Source of the DNA: Prevotella sp.
GTDB taxonomy: Bacteria; Bacteroidota; Bacteroidia; Bacteroidales; Bacteroidaceae
Direction of reading: 5' to 3'
Length of the DNA stretch: 64,000 nucleotides
Assembly: GCA_022775105.1 (NCBI GenBank)
Contig: JALFIX010000141.1
Span: 7,614-71,613, forward strand
Of the stretch, positions 53,200-62,015 are shown piece after piece (positions within the stretch are counted from its first letter, which is position 1; the number at the start of each line of letters is the position of its first letter). Under the pieces are notes generated by a model. That model was not told where the DNA came from. It saw nothing but the letters and a program-made list of their open reading frames with translations, and searched no databases. The position numbers were made by a program, and so were the translations under genes.

Positions 53200-55773
53200 A
53201 TGAAGAAAAACCTGATAATCCTCATTATTTCCTTCGCATTGGGAGCAACGGCCCAGACAACGCTCCCATATAAGGACATAAACCTGACTCCCGAGCAGCG
53301 TGCCGATGACCTCATCAGTCGCCTCACACTCAAAGAAAAAACAAAACTGATGATGGACCAGTCGGAGCCTGTCGAACGCCTCGGCATTCCCCGTTTCCAA
53401 TGGTGGAATGAGGCTCTGCATGGAGTGGGGCGCAATGGCTACACCACCGTCTTCCCCATCACCATGGGTATGGCGGCATCATGGGATGACGCACTGCTCT
53501 ATCGCTGCTTTGATGCCGTGAGCGACGAGGCACGCATCAAAAACACCCAGGCAAAGAGCAAGAACGAGATGAACCGCTATCAGTGTCTCTCCTTCTGGAC
53601 TCCCAACATCAATATCTTCCGCGACCCAAGATGGGGACGCGGACAGGAAACCTACGGCGAAGACCCATACCTCACATCACGAATGGGTTTGGCAGTGGTC
53701 AACGGACTTCAAGGTCCGCGTGACACCAAATACAAGAAACTCCTTGCCTGCGCCAAGCACTATGCCGTACACTCAGGACCCGAATGGAACCGCCATTCCT
53801 TCAACATCGAGAACCTCCCCGAGCGCGACCTTTGGGAGACTTATCTCCCCGCCTTCAAGACATTGGTACAGGAGGGAGACGTGGAGGAAGTGATGTGCGC
53901 CTATCAGAGTATCGATGGTGATCCTTGCTGTGGTAATACCCGATATCTCCAGCGCATTCTTCGCGACGAATGGGGATTCAAGGGCGTTGTAGTCAGCGAC
54001 TGTGGAGCCATCCGCGACTTCCATCAAAAGGATTGTCATGGAGTGTCGGAGACCCCCGCAGATGCGGCAGGAAAGGCTGTCATTGCCGGCACCGACCTCG
54101 AATGTGGTTCGGTATATAAGAGCATTCCGCAAGCCATCGCCGAAGGCAAGCTGACAATGAAGGACATCGACACATCGCTCAAAAGACTGCTCGTGGCGAG
54201 AATAAAACTCGGCGACCTCGACGACGACAAGCTCGTATCGTGGACATCCATACCCCAAGACCGTCTCTGCTCATCAAAACACAATGCCCTTGCCTACGAG
54301 ATGGCGCAGAAGAGCATCGTGCTCCTTCAAAACAACAACAACGTACTTCCCCTCAAGAAAGACGACTTGAAAATAGTTGTGATGGGACCCAATGCCAAGG
54401 ACAGTGTCATGCAGTGGGGCAACTATAGCGGTTATCCCCACCACACCGTCACCATTCTCGAAGGCATTGAGAAGAAACTCAACGGACGCGGAACAGTGAA
54501 ATACGTTGATGGTTGTGGGCATGTCAGCAACACCGTCAGGGAAAGCCGCTTCTCCTCACTGACCACACCCACGGGAAAATCAGGAATGGAAGTCAAGTAT
54601 TGGAACAACATCACGATGAGCGGCAATCCCAATGCCACCGCCGTCCATACCAGTGCCGTCAATCTCAACAATGGCGGAAATACCGCCTTCGCCCCCGGCG
54701 TTGAACTCGAGAACTTCACGGGATGCTACAAGGCCATGTTCAAGGCAGACAGGAGCGAGGAAGTGACATTCGAGGTGGAGGCCGACGACGGCTATCGCAT
54801 CATCATCAACGGCGACACCCTGCGTGACAGGTTCCGACCCGCTCACGGTGTCCAGAAATGGTCGAAGTCATACAGGGTAAAACCGGGCGACAAGTATGAC
54901 ATTCAGATAGATTATATACAGATGTCAGGCATGGCCCACATGAGGTTTGACGTCTTCACCACCAAGGAAAAAACCGTCAGCGACATATTGTCCGAAATCT
55001 CCGATGCCGACTATGTCGTATTTGCCGGAGGCATATCCCCGCGTCTCGAAGGCGAGGAGATGAAGGTGGATGCTTACGGATTCAAGGGCGGCGACCGCAC
55101 CGACATCCAGTTGCCCCAATGCCAGCGCGAACTGGTGAAGGCCATCCGCGACTCGGGCAAGAAGGTCATCTTTGTCAACTGCTCAGGCTCTGCCATCGCC
55201 CTCGTGCCCGAAACCGAGACCTGCTCGGCCATCCTTCAGGCATGGTATCCAGGCGAAAGGGGAGGCGATGCCGTGGCTGACGTGCTCTTCGGCGACTATA
55301 ACCCTTCGGGCAAGCTGCCCATAACGTTCTATCGCTCGGTGGATGACCTTCCCGATTTTCTCGACTACACGATGACCAACCGCACATACCGTTATTTCAA
55401 CGGCTCTCCGCTGTGGCATTTCGGTTATGGCATGAGCTACACCACATTTGCCTTTGGCTCTCCGAAATACAAGGACGGCAAGGTCACTGTTGACGTCACC
55501 AACACTGGAAAGTGCGACGGCGACGAGATTGTTCAGGTATATCTTCGCCACACCGCCGACAAGAACGGTCCGAAGAAGACTCTCCGCGGTTTCAAGCGTG
55601 TCAGTATCAAGGCTGGAGAGACCAAGAAAGTGGTAATCGACATGCCCAAAGAGAACTTCGAGACATGGGATGCCGCTACCAACACCATGCGGGTTATTGG
55701 AGGCAAATATGACATCATGGTGGGCAACAGCAGTCGTGATGCCGACCTGAAGCATCTGAAAGTTCAATTGTAA
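53200..55773 (+). CDS. Glycoside hydrolase family 3 enzyme with inserted PA14 domain
   Basis: 857 aa with a signal peptide. GH3 blocks ..FWTPNINIFRDPRWGRGQETYGEDP.. and GFKGVVVSDCGAI (nucleophile Asp). PA14-like insert ..GCYKAMFKADRSEEVTFEVEADDGYRIIINGD.. Confidence 0.9.
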   Translation: MKKNLIILIISFALGATAQTTLPYKDINLTPEQRADDLISRLTLKEKTKLMMDQSEPVERLGIPRFQWWNEALHGVGRNGYTTVFPITMGMAASWDDALLYRCFDAVSDEARIKNTQAKSKNEMNRYQCLSFWTPNINIFRDPRWGRGQETYGEDPYLTSRMGLAVVNGLQGPRDTKYKKLLACAKHYAVHSGPEWNRHSFNIENLPERDLWETYLPAFKTLVQEGDVEEVMCAYQSIDGDPCCGNTRYLQRILRDEWGFKGVVVSDCGAIRDFHQKDCHGVSETPADAAGKAVIAGTDLECGSVYKSIPQAIAEGKLTMKDIDTSLKRLLVARIKLGDLDDDKLVSWTSIPQDRLCSSKHNALAYEMAQKSIVLLQNNNNVLPLKKDDLKIVVMGPNAKDSVMQWGNYSGYPHHTVTILEGIEKKLNGRGTVKYVDGCGHVSNTVRESRFSSLTTPTGKSGMEVKYWNNITMSGNPNATAVHTSAVNLNNGGNTAFAPGVELENFTGCYKAMFKADRSEEVTFEVEADDGYRIIINGDTLRDRFRPAHGVQKWSKSYRVKPGDKYDIQIDYIQMSGMAHMRFDVFTTKEKTVSDILSEISDADYVVFAGGISPRLEGEEMKVDAYGFKGGDRTDIQLPQCQRELVKAIRDSGKKVIFVNCSGSAIALVPETETCSAILQAWYPGERGGDAVADVLFGDYNPSGKLPITFYRSVDDLPDFLDYTMTNRTYRYFNGSPLWHFGYGMSYTTFAFGSPKYKDGKVTVDVTNTGKCDGDEIVQVYLRHTADKNGPKKTLRGFKRVSIKAGETKKVVIDMPKENFETWDAATNTMRVIGGKYDIMVGNSSRDADLKHLKVQL

Positions 55774-55797
55774 ACGACTTGTCAACTGAACTCAAAC

Positions 55798-55885
55798 GCA
55801 GGTATCTGCGTTGGCTATTGCAGGTATCTGCGTTGGCCATCGCAGGTATCTGCGTTTGCTATTGCAGGTATCTGCGATTAGGACC
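55798..55885 (+). repeat. 22-bp tandem repeat x4 (GCAGGTATCTGCGTTGGCTATT) after the GH3 gene
   Basis: Units at 55798, 55820, 55842 and 55864, the last degenerate. Each unit contains the mini-hairpin GCAG-GTAT-CTGC. No spacers. Confidence 0.85.
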
Positions 55886-55894
55886 GTAGTAGAG

Positions 55895-56018
55895 AGGGGT
55901 GACAGGTTGACACTTATATATAAAAAAGTCGTGTGAGAGGAAATTAACGTACTATATAGTAAGCGAATTTCCCGTTATAGGTTTTTTCTATATAATATAG
56001 TGTCACCCTGTCACCCCT
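55895..56018. repeat. 124-bp element bounded by 20-bp terminal inverted repeats
   Basis: AGGGGTGACAGGTTGACACT (55895-55914) against the reverse complement of AGTGTCACCCTGTCACCCCT (55999-56018) has one mismatch. Pairing extends inward through A/T-rich sequence. Confidence 0.8.
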
Positions 56019-56040
56019 TGTCATTTTGGATTTATTATTA

Positions 56041-56289
56041 TTACTTGATGAACTTCTTGCCATTCTGGATGAGCAGACCCTTGCTGGCTGCACGACAGGC
56101 GAGGTTGTAGGTCGGAGTGTTCTGATTGGCATTAAGTTTTACAGAAGACCTCAAGGGTATAAGATTCTTCCACGGGGTCATCAGCAGAAAGACGACCGTT
56201 GATGAAATCGTTGGCGCATCCATATCGCATGAGCTGACCACAGCCACAAGCGACATCGCCATTGCGGATGCTTTTATATAATTATTCAT
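56041..56289 (-). pseudogene. Possible remnant of a T9SS cargo gene (signal peptide fused to the last strands of a CTD)
   Basis: 82 aa. MNNYIKASAMAMSLVAVVSSC is a lipobox-like start. The C-terminus TPTYNLACRAASKGLLIQNGKKFIK mirrors CTD ends such as TFNLGGQPAGKNSKGIIIQNGKKVYK, with nothing recognisable in between. Confidence 0.35.
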
Positions 56290-56456
56290 ATTATTCCTTA
56301 ATTATATAAATTATTCAAGTAATATAAATAAGGTATATAGAAAGCTTTTGCATATAATTACAAATATTATGCGCACCTTACTGACCTTAAAATATAAATA
56401 TTGTTAACAAATCGCATTTTTTTGAGGGAATATTACTAATTACAATTTATTTTCTA

Positions 56457-56464
56457 TAAATTTG
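56457..56464 (+). promoter_or_regulatory. -7 box TAaaTTTG upstream of the second SusC
   Basis: AAATTTGCAGCCAAATTGCAAA contains a TTTGCA(N7)TGCAAA inverted repeat; 73 nt upstream of ATG 56537. Confidence 0.5.
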
Positions 56465-56536
56465 CAGCCAAATTGCAAAACAGAATCAAAAAAATAAGAA
56501 TAATTATATAATAACTAAAACAAACAAAACGCTATC

Positions 56537-59500
56537 ATGAAAGAAAGAACAGCGAAACGATCTGGCAAGTTACTTGCCCTATTGGCACTAATGCTATTGC
56601 TGCCATTGGGAGTTATTGCCCAGGTCATTACAGTGAAGGGTACTGTTATTGATTCTCAGGGTGAGACAGTGATAGGTGCCAGCGTGGTAGAGAAAGGCAA
56701 CGTGAAGAATGCCACGGTTACCGACTTCGACGGTAATTTCACATTGAAGATTGCCAAAGGAAAGACACTCGTGATTAGCTTTATCGGTATGGAAACGCAA
56801 GAGGTGAAGGCTGCGCCTACCCTCAATATCACTATGCGCGACGATACCAAGGCTATTGAGGAAGTTGTGGTTATCGGTTATGGCGGCTCCAAGGCACGCA
56901 AGGACCTCACCGGTTCGGTGGGTTCGGTGAGCGGAAAGCGACTGGAGTCAGTGCCTGTGACATCGGCTGCCGTTGCCCTCCAGGGTAAGATTTCCGGTGT
57001 GCAGGTGACCACCGTCGATGGTCAGCCTGGTGCCGATGTGCATATCCGAGTCAGAGGTGGTACGTCAGTGACCCAGAGTAACGAACCTCTTTATATTGTC
57101 GATGGTTTCCAGACAGATAACATCAACGATATCCCTCCGTCGGACATCGCGTCTATCGACGTTCTCAAGGATGCCTCCCTTACAGCCATTTATGGTGCCA
57201 AGGGTGGTAACGGTGTAGTTATCGTCACCACAAAGTCCGCCAAGGAAGGTAAGGTTCAGGTGTCGTTCAACGGCAACCTCTCCGTAAGCTCTCTTGCACG
57301 CAAGCTCGACCTTATGAACGCCGCCGACTTCGTCAAGTATCAGTATCAGTGGCATGCTTGCAACGGTACACGCTCAACTAACGCCAAGTTCTTCAAGGCA
57401 AACTTCGGTAACCCATACGACCTTGACATGTATGCAGCGCTGCCGTCGCACGACTGGCAGGACGAGGTGATGGGCGAGAATCCGATCAGCTACTCTGCCA
57501 ACCTCAATATCGGTGGTGGTAGCGACAAGGTGAAGTTCAACCTCTCGCTCACCAACAGTGAGGATAACGGTATCATCCTTGGTTCAGGCGTTCGCCGCAC
57601 CACACTCAACATGAAGACCAACGTGAAGCTCAGCGACAAGTTGACATTCCAGATTAACCCTAAGTTTACATTCCGTCGTGACGAGGGTGCCGGTGGTGAC
57701 AACATTGGTACAGGTGGTATTATCGACGTGCTTCAGTATCGTCCTACCAACGGTCTGCGCGAGTATGGATATATCGACCCATCATACGCCGATCCCGACG
57801 AGGAGGAACTCTTCAACTATACCAATCCTAAGAATGACATCGCCATCAACCAGTTGGTAAAGCATTCGTATAACTATTCAACCGGATTGTCACTCGACTG
57901 GAAGCCCATCAAGGGACTCACATTGCGTACCGAGGGTACAATCGGACTGAAGTGGAACGACAAGAAGCGATTCTATGGCGCACTGACAGACACTGGACAG
58001 AAGCACAACAACCAGCCATTGGCACAGTTGGACAACTCTTTTGCCCTCAGCTATATTTGGACAAACACCGCAAGCTATAACTTCTCGTTGAAGGATGTGC
58101 ATAACTTCTCGCTCCTTGCAGGACAGGAAATCCAGCACTACGACAAGAGTTCGGAGTCGATGATTAACCGCTATTTCCCGCGTTCATTCTCTGCCTCGGA
58201 TGCATGGAACAACATGAGCTTCGGTACACCTTATATTAATAGTTCGTCACTCTCTACACCCGACCGTACCGCTTCGTTCTTCGGACAGGTGAACTATAAC
58301 TTCGACCACAAGTACCTCCTCAGCGGTACGTTCCGTGCCGACGGTTCAACCAAGTTCGCCCCGGGCAACCAGTGGGGTTACTTCCCGTCAATATCAGGAG
58401 CGTGGGTGCTCTCAGAGGAGAAGTTCATGAAGAACATCAAGTGGATTGACATGCTGAAGATACGTGCCGCCATCGGTCTTTCGGGTAACAACCGTATCGA
58501 TAACGACATGTGGCGCCAGCTCTATGCTATCAATACTACAGGCGGTCCCGGCTTTGGCGAGACAACACTCTATGGCGAGCAGTACTACGGCAATGCCGGT
58601 GGCTCAAAGTTCACCAACAGGGATATCAAGTGGGAGACAACCATCACACGTAACATCGCTGCCGACATCACACTCTTCGGCGGACGTCTCACCGTCACTC
58701 CCGAATTCTACTGGTACACCACCAAGGACCTGCTCTACAAGTCAGACATTCCTTCGGTAGTGGGATATACCAGCCAGATGCAGAACATCGGACAGGTGAC
58801 CACCAAGGGTATCGAGCTTTCTATCAGCGGCGACATTATCCAGGGCAAGGACTATGTGTTGTCTGCCAACCTTTCTATGGGCTTCAACAAGAAGAAGATT
58901 GACAAGCTCAACGGTACCGACGATGTGGTTTGGGACCAGAACGACCGCTGGAAGTCATCTTATAACGACTATTGTCTGAAGGTGGGCAGTGAGGTAGGTC
59001 TTATCTACGGTTTCGTATATGACGGACTTTACACAATGGACGAGTTCTACTTCGACCCGCTCAACAACTTCCAGGCAGTGCCTTGGGGTTCGAGTGCCGC
59101 TGACAACGGAACATCAAAGAACTGCGCTCCGCGTGCAGACGGTTATGTGACCGTCATCAACGATGTATCGGGTACATCCAACTCTGGTATAGCCACAATG
59201 CCGGGTAAGATTAAGTTCAAGGATCTCAACGGTGACGGACGCATCACTGAGGACGACCGCACCGTGATTGGTAACACTAACCCGAGAATCCAGGGAGGTT
59301 TCGGTCTTTCAGGACAGTGGAAAGACTTTGACTTCACCGCAAACTTCACCTATATGCTCGACTTCGACATCAACAATGCTACAGCTTACGCATTGTCGTC
59401 ATCTGGTGGCAACAAGAACACCTTCAAGAACGTCCTTGCCAAGTTTAATGATGCATGGCTATACAACGACCTTACGGGCGAGCTTACAGGCACTAAGGGT

Positions 59501-59869
59501 GATATCCTCTACAAGCTCTACTATGTGGATAACGGACTCGACATCTACAAGAATGCCAACCAGGGCAAGACACTGTGGAACCCGACCGACGTGACCACCA
59601 ACCTCACACAGTCATACTTCATCGAGGACGGTTCGTTCTTGCGTTGCAATGACATCACCATCGGTTATAGCCTTCCAAAGAACATACTGAAGAAGGTAGG
59701 TCTCAGCAAGGCACGTTTCTATGTGTCAGCCACCAACCTCTTCATCATCACAGGATATAGTGGCTACGACCCCGAGGTTGACATCCAGACGGGACTCACC
59801 TGCGGTATGGACTGGAACCGTTATCCACGCAGTCGCGGCTTCGTCTTTGGTACAAACATTACATTCTAA
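56537..59869 (+). CDS. SusC/RagA-family TonB-dependent outer-membrane transporter (no STN domain)
   Basis: 1110 aa. ITVKGTVIDSQGETVIGASVVEKG..TDFDGNFTL regulatory-like fold, plug region (IEEVVVIGYG...HIRVRGGTS), C-terminal ...GFVFGTNITF. Confidence 0.93.
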   Translation: MKERTAKRSGKLLALLALMLLLPLGVIAQVITVKGTVIDSQGETVIGASVVEKGNVKNATVTDFDGNFTLKIAKGKTLVISFIGMETQEVKAAPTLNITMRDDTKAIEEVVVIGYGGSKARKDLTGSVGSVSGKRLESVPVTSAAVALQGKISGVQVTTVDGQPGADVHIRVRGGTSVTQSNEPLYIVDGFQTDNINDIPPSDIASIDVLKDASLTAIYGAKGGNGVVIVTTKSAKEGKVQVSFNGNLSVSSLARKLDLMNAADFVKYQYQWHACNGTRSTNAKFFKANFGNPYDLDMYAALPSHDWQDEVMGENPISYSANLNIGGGSDKVKFNLSLTNSEDNGIILGSGVRRTTLNMKTNVKLSDKLTFQINPKFTFRRDEGAGGDNIGTGGIIDVLQYRPTNGLREYGYIDPSYADPDEEELFNYTNPKNDIAINQLVKHSYNYSTGLSLDWKPIKGLTLRTEGTIGLKWNDKKRFYGALTDTGQKHNNQPLAQLDNSFALSYIWTNTASYNFSLKDVHNFSLLAGQEIQHYDKSSESMINRYFPRSFSASDAWNNMSFGTPYINSSSLSTPDRTASFFGQVNYNFDHKYLLSGTFRADGSTKFAPGNQWGYFPSISGAWVLSEEKFMKNIKWIDMLKIRAAIGLSGNNRIDNDMWRQLYAINTTGGPGFGETTLYGEQYYGNAGGSKFTNRDIKWETTITRNIAADITLFGGRLTVTPEFYWYTTKDLLYKSDIPSVVGYTSQMQNIGQVTTKGIELSISGDIIQGKDYVLSANLSMGFNKKKIDKLNGTDDVVWDQNDRWKSSYNDYCLKVGSEVGLIYGFVYDGLYTMDEFYFDPLNNFQAVPWGSSAADNGTSKNCAPRADGYVTVINDVSGTSNSGIATMPGKIKFKDLNGDGRITEDDRTVIGNTNPRIQGGFGLSGQWKDFDFTANFTYMLDFDINNATAYALSSSGGNKNTFKNVLAKFNDAWLYNDLTGELTGTKGDILYKLYYVDNGLDIYKNANQGKTLWNPTDVTTNLTQSYFIEDGSFLRCNDITIGYSLPKNILKKVGLSKARFYVSATNLFIITGYSGYDPEVDIQTGLTCGMDWNRYPRSRGFVFGTNITF

Positions 59870-59903
59870 CAATGTCGTATAAAGAATAAATAAAACAGAA
59901 GAT

Positions 59904-61994
59904 ATGAGACTAAAGAATATTTTATATACAGGAATGGCGTTACTCTCGCTTACTGCCTGCAACGACTTTTTAGATGTTGATGCACCGTCATCATACACCG
60001 AGGAGTTCGTGTATGGTCAGAAAACCGAGATTAACCGTGCGCTCAACGGTGTTTATGCGCAAGCTCTTGTGGGCGACCTCTATGGCAACGCCTATCAGAG
60101 TACTTTCGTGCTCAACAGCGATGTTGACATGAGCATCAGTTCCAATTCTGCTCACGCCCACAACACCTACAGACGTTTTGACTGTGACGACCAGGGCAGT
60201 GATATCAACAAATACTGGACTGCGTCGTATAATCTTATCGAATATGCCAACAGGTTCATTAGGTCTTTGCAGAACAGTCCTCTCTATAATACTGGCGACA
60301 AGGAAATAATGCAGTGGATGGGTGAGGCGAAGTGCCTGCGCGCCATGGCTTATCACGACCTCGTGGTGATGTTCGGCGACGTGCCTTTCACTTTCTCGCC
60401 GTCATCAGAACTCGGTTCTAACTTTGTTATTCCTGTTGCCGACCGTCAGACTATCCAGGATTCGCTCATCAACGACCTCAAGGGCATTGCGCCTTATATG
60501 TCATCGGGCAACTCTGTGACTGTTGAACGTTGCTCCAAGGAGTTTGCCCAGGCAATGGTTGCACGTATAGCTCTCACAGCAGGTGGCTACTCGCTGCGTC
60601 CTGACAAGAGCAGCCCAAAAAGCTACGGCAAGATGGAGCGCCCGTCAAACTATATTGAATATTATAAGGTGGCAAGGGAATATGCCGACTCGGTTATCAC
60701 CTCGGGCACACACTCGCTGACATTGCCCTATCAGGACGTGTTCGTGAAGGAGTGCAACTATGCGCTTGTAAACAACGACGACGTTATCTTCGAGCTTCCT
60801 TTCTCTAAGGAGGGCAATGGTGATACAGGATATGCCCAGGGACCGTCTTATGCCTCATACGAGGGCAAGACCGTAGGAGCATGGGGAGAGTGTAATGGCG
60901 GTGTGCGTCTCAACGCTTTCTACCGTTTCCTCTTCAGGGACAACGATATTCGCCGTGAGTTTGTCAACGGATTGTGGTATTACTCTTACTTCACCAATGC
61001 CGACGGAGTGCTTCAGGACTCTGTTTATATCCGTAATGACTACAGTGTTCATTGCAACAAGTGGTCGAAACTGTGGACCGACGAGACCCTCGCATTGGGT
61101 AACGACAAGAGCGGAAGCACCGGTATCAACTATCCATATATGCGCTATGCAGATGTATTGCTTATGTATGCTGAGGCCGACAACGAGATCAACGGTATGC
61201 CATCCGACAAGGCAATCGAGTGCCTGTCAAAGGTTCACAACCGTGCGTTCCTCAATGGCGATGCCGATTTTGTTAGTCAGGCATCTGCATCCAAGGCTGC
61301 ATTCCATAAGGCAGTGCTCGACGAGCGCAAGTGGGAGTTTGCAGGCGAGAACTCGCGTTGGCGTGACCTCGTGCGCACAAACACCTATGCTGAGGAACTT
61401 GTATATAGCTTCCTCCGCTATTATTCAGTAGGTATGCAGAATGCAGGAAGTACCACAGGATTTGAGGATGCAATCAACGAGCATGACGGTAAGCAGTATA
61501 TCGACAACCTGCCTGAGCGTATCTACTATCATGCCTACAAGTTGGATGAGCCTATCACTCCGCTTGGTTTGCGTGTCTGTGGCCCGCAGCTCTATGGCAA
61601 TGTGCTCAACAGTGGTGCAGTGGTTTATACATATCCCAACCAGTCTTTGAAGAGCCTTCGCGTGTATAACGCATACAAGCCATCCACAATGCCCGTGAAG
61701 AGCTATATCACCAACTTTGGTTTCCAGGCAGCCGCATGGAACTACGCCGACTTCTATCAGTGGGGTGACACAGATGCCGGTACTCCCAAAGACCAGTGCA
61801 AGTACTCCTTCTATGGATATATCCGTTCTGACGACGGTGGCAACATCTGGCTAATAAAGGACGGAGTGCAGACCCTCTTCCCGACAACCATCCCGAGTGC
61901 AGAGGAACTGCCGGTAGTGCGCTACATACTGCCTTATCCTAACCTCGCCATCCAGCGTTCGGCAGGTGCATACAAGAATTATTATGGTTATTAA
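59904..61994 (+). CDS. SusD/RagB-family nutrient-binding lipoprotein
   Basis: 696 aa. Lipobox LLSLTAC followed by NDFLDVDAPS; placed 34 nt after SusC. Confidence 0.9.
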   Translation: MRLKNILYTGMALLSLTACNDFLDVDAPSSYTEEFVYGQKTEINRALNGVYAQALVGDLYGNAYQSTFVLNSDVDMSISSNSAHAHNTYRRFDCDDQGSDINKYWTASYNLIEYANRFIRSLQNSPLYNTGDKEIMQWMGEAKCLRAMAYHDLVVMFGDVPFTFSPSSELGSNFVIPVADRQTIQDSLINDLKGIAPYMSSGNSVTVERCSKEFAQAMVARIALTAGGYSLRPDKSSPKSYGKMERPSNYIEYYKVAREYADSVITSGTHSLTLPYQDVFVKECNYALVNNDDVIFELPFSKEGNGDTGYAQGPSYASYEGKTVGAWGECNGGVRLNAFYRFLFRDNDIRREFVNGLWYYSYFTNADGVLQDSVYIRNDYSVHCNKWSKLWTDETLALGNDKSGSTGINYPYMRYADVLLMYAEADNEINGMPSDKAIECLSKVHNRAFLNGDADFVSQASASKAAFHKAVLDERKWEFAGENSRWRDLVRTNTYAEELVYSFLRYYSVGMQNAGSTTGFEDAINEHDGKQYIDNLPERIYYHAYKLDEPITPLGLRVCGPQLYGNVLNSGAVVYTYPNQSLKSLRVYNAYKPSTMPVKSYITNFGFQAAAWNYADFYQWGDTDAGTPKDQCKYSFYGYIRSDDGGNIWLIKDGVQTLFPTTIPSAEELPVVRYILPYPNLAIQRSAGAYKNYYGY

Positions 61995-62015
61995 TTCCCA
62001 AAATTGAATAAAGAC

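Noticed and set aside
53098-53435. Two overlapping minus-strand ORFs (107 and 80 aa) spanning repeat element B and the GH3 start
   Set aside because: They are antisense to the GH3 signal-peptide region and run into the repeat arm. There is no support beyond an open frame.
55798-55885. Possible CRISPR array (regular 22-bp repeats)
   Set aside because: The units are directly adjacent with no spacers, there are only four copies, the unit is shorter than usual CRISPR repeats, and no cas genes are in the window.
55895-56018. Invertible promoter (phase-variation switch) bounded by inverted repeats
   Set aside because: No TAnnTTTG box on either strand inside the element, no site-specific recombinase gene nearby, and the arms pair continuously like a plain hairpin. 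Orientation polymorphism cannot be assessed from one sequence.
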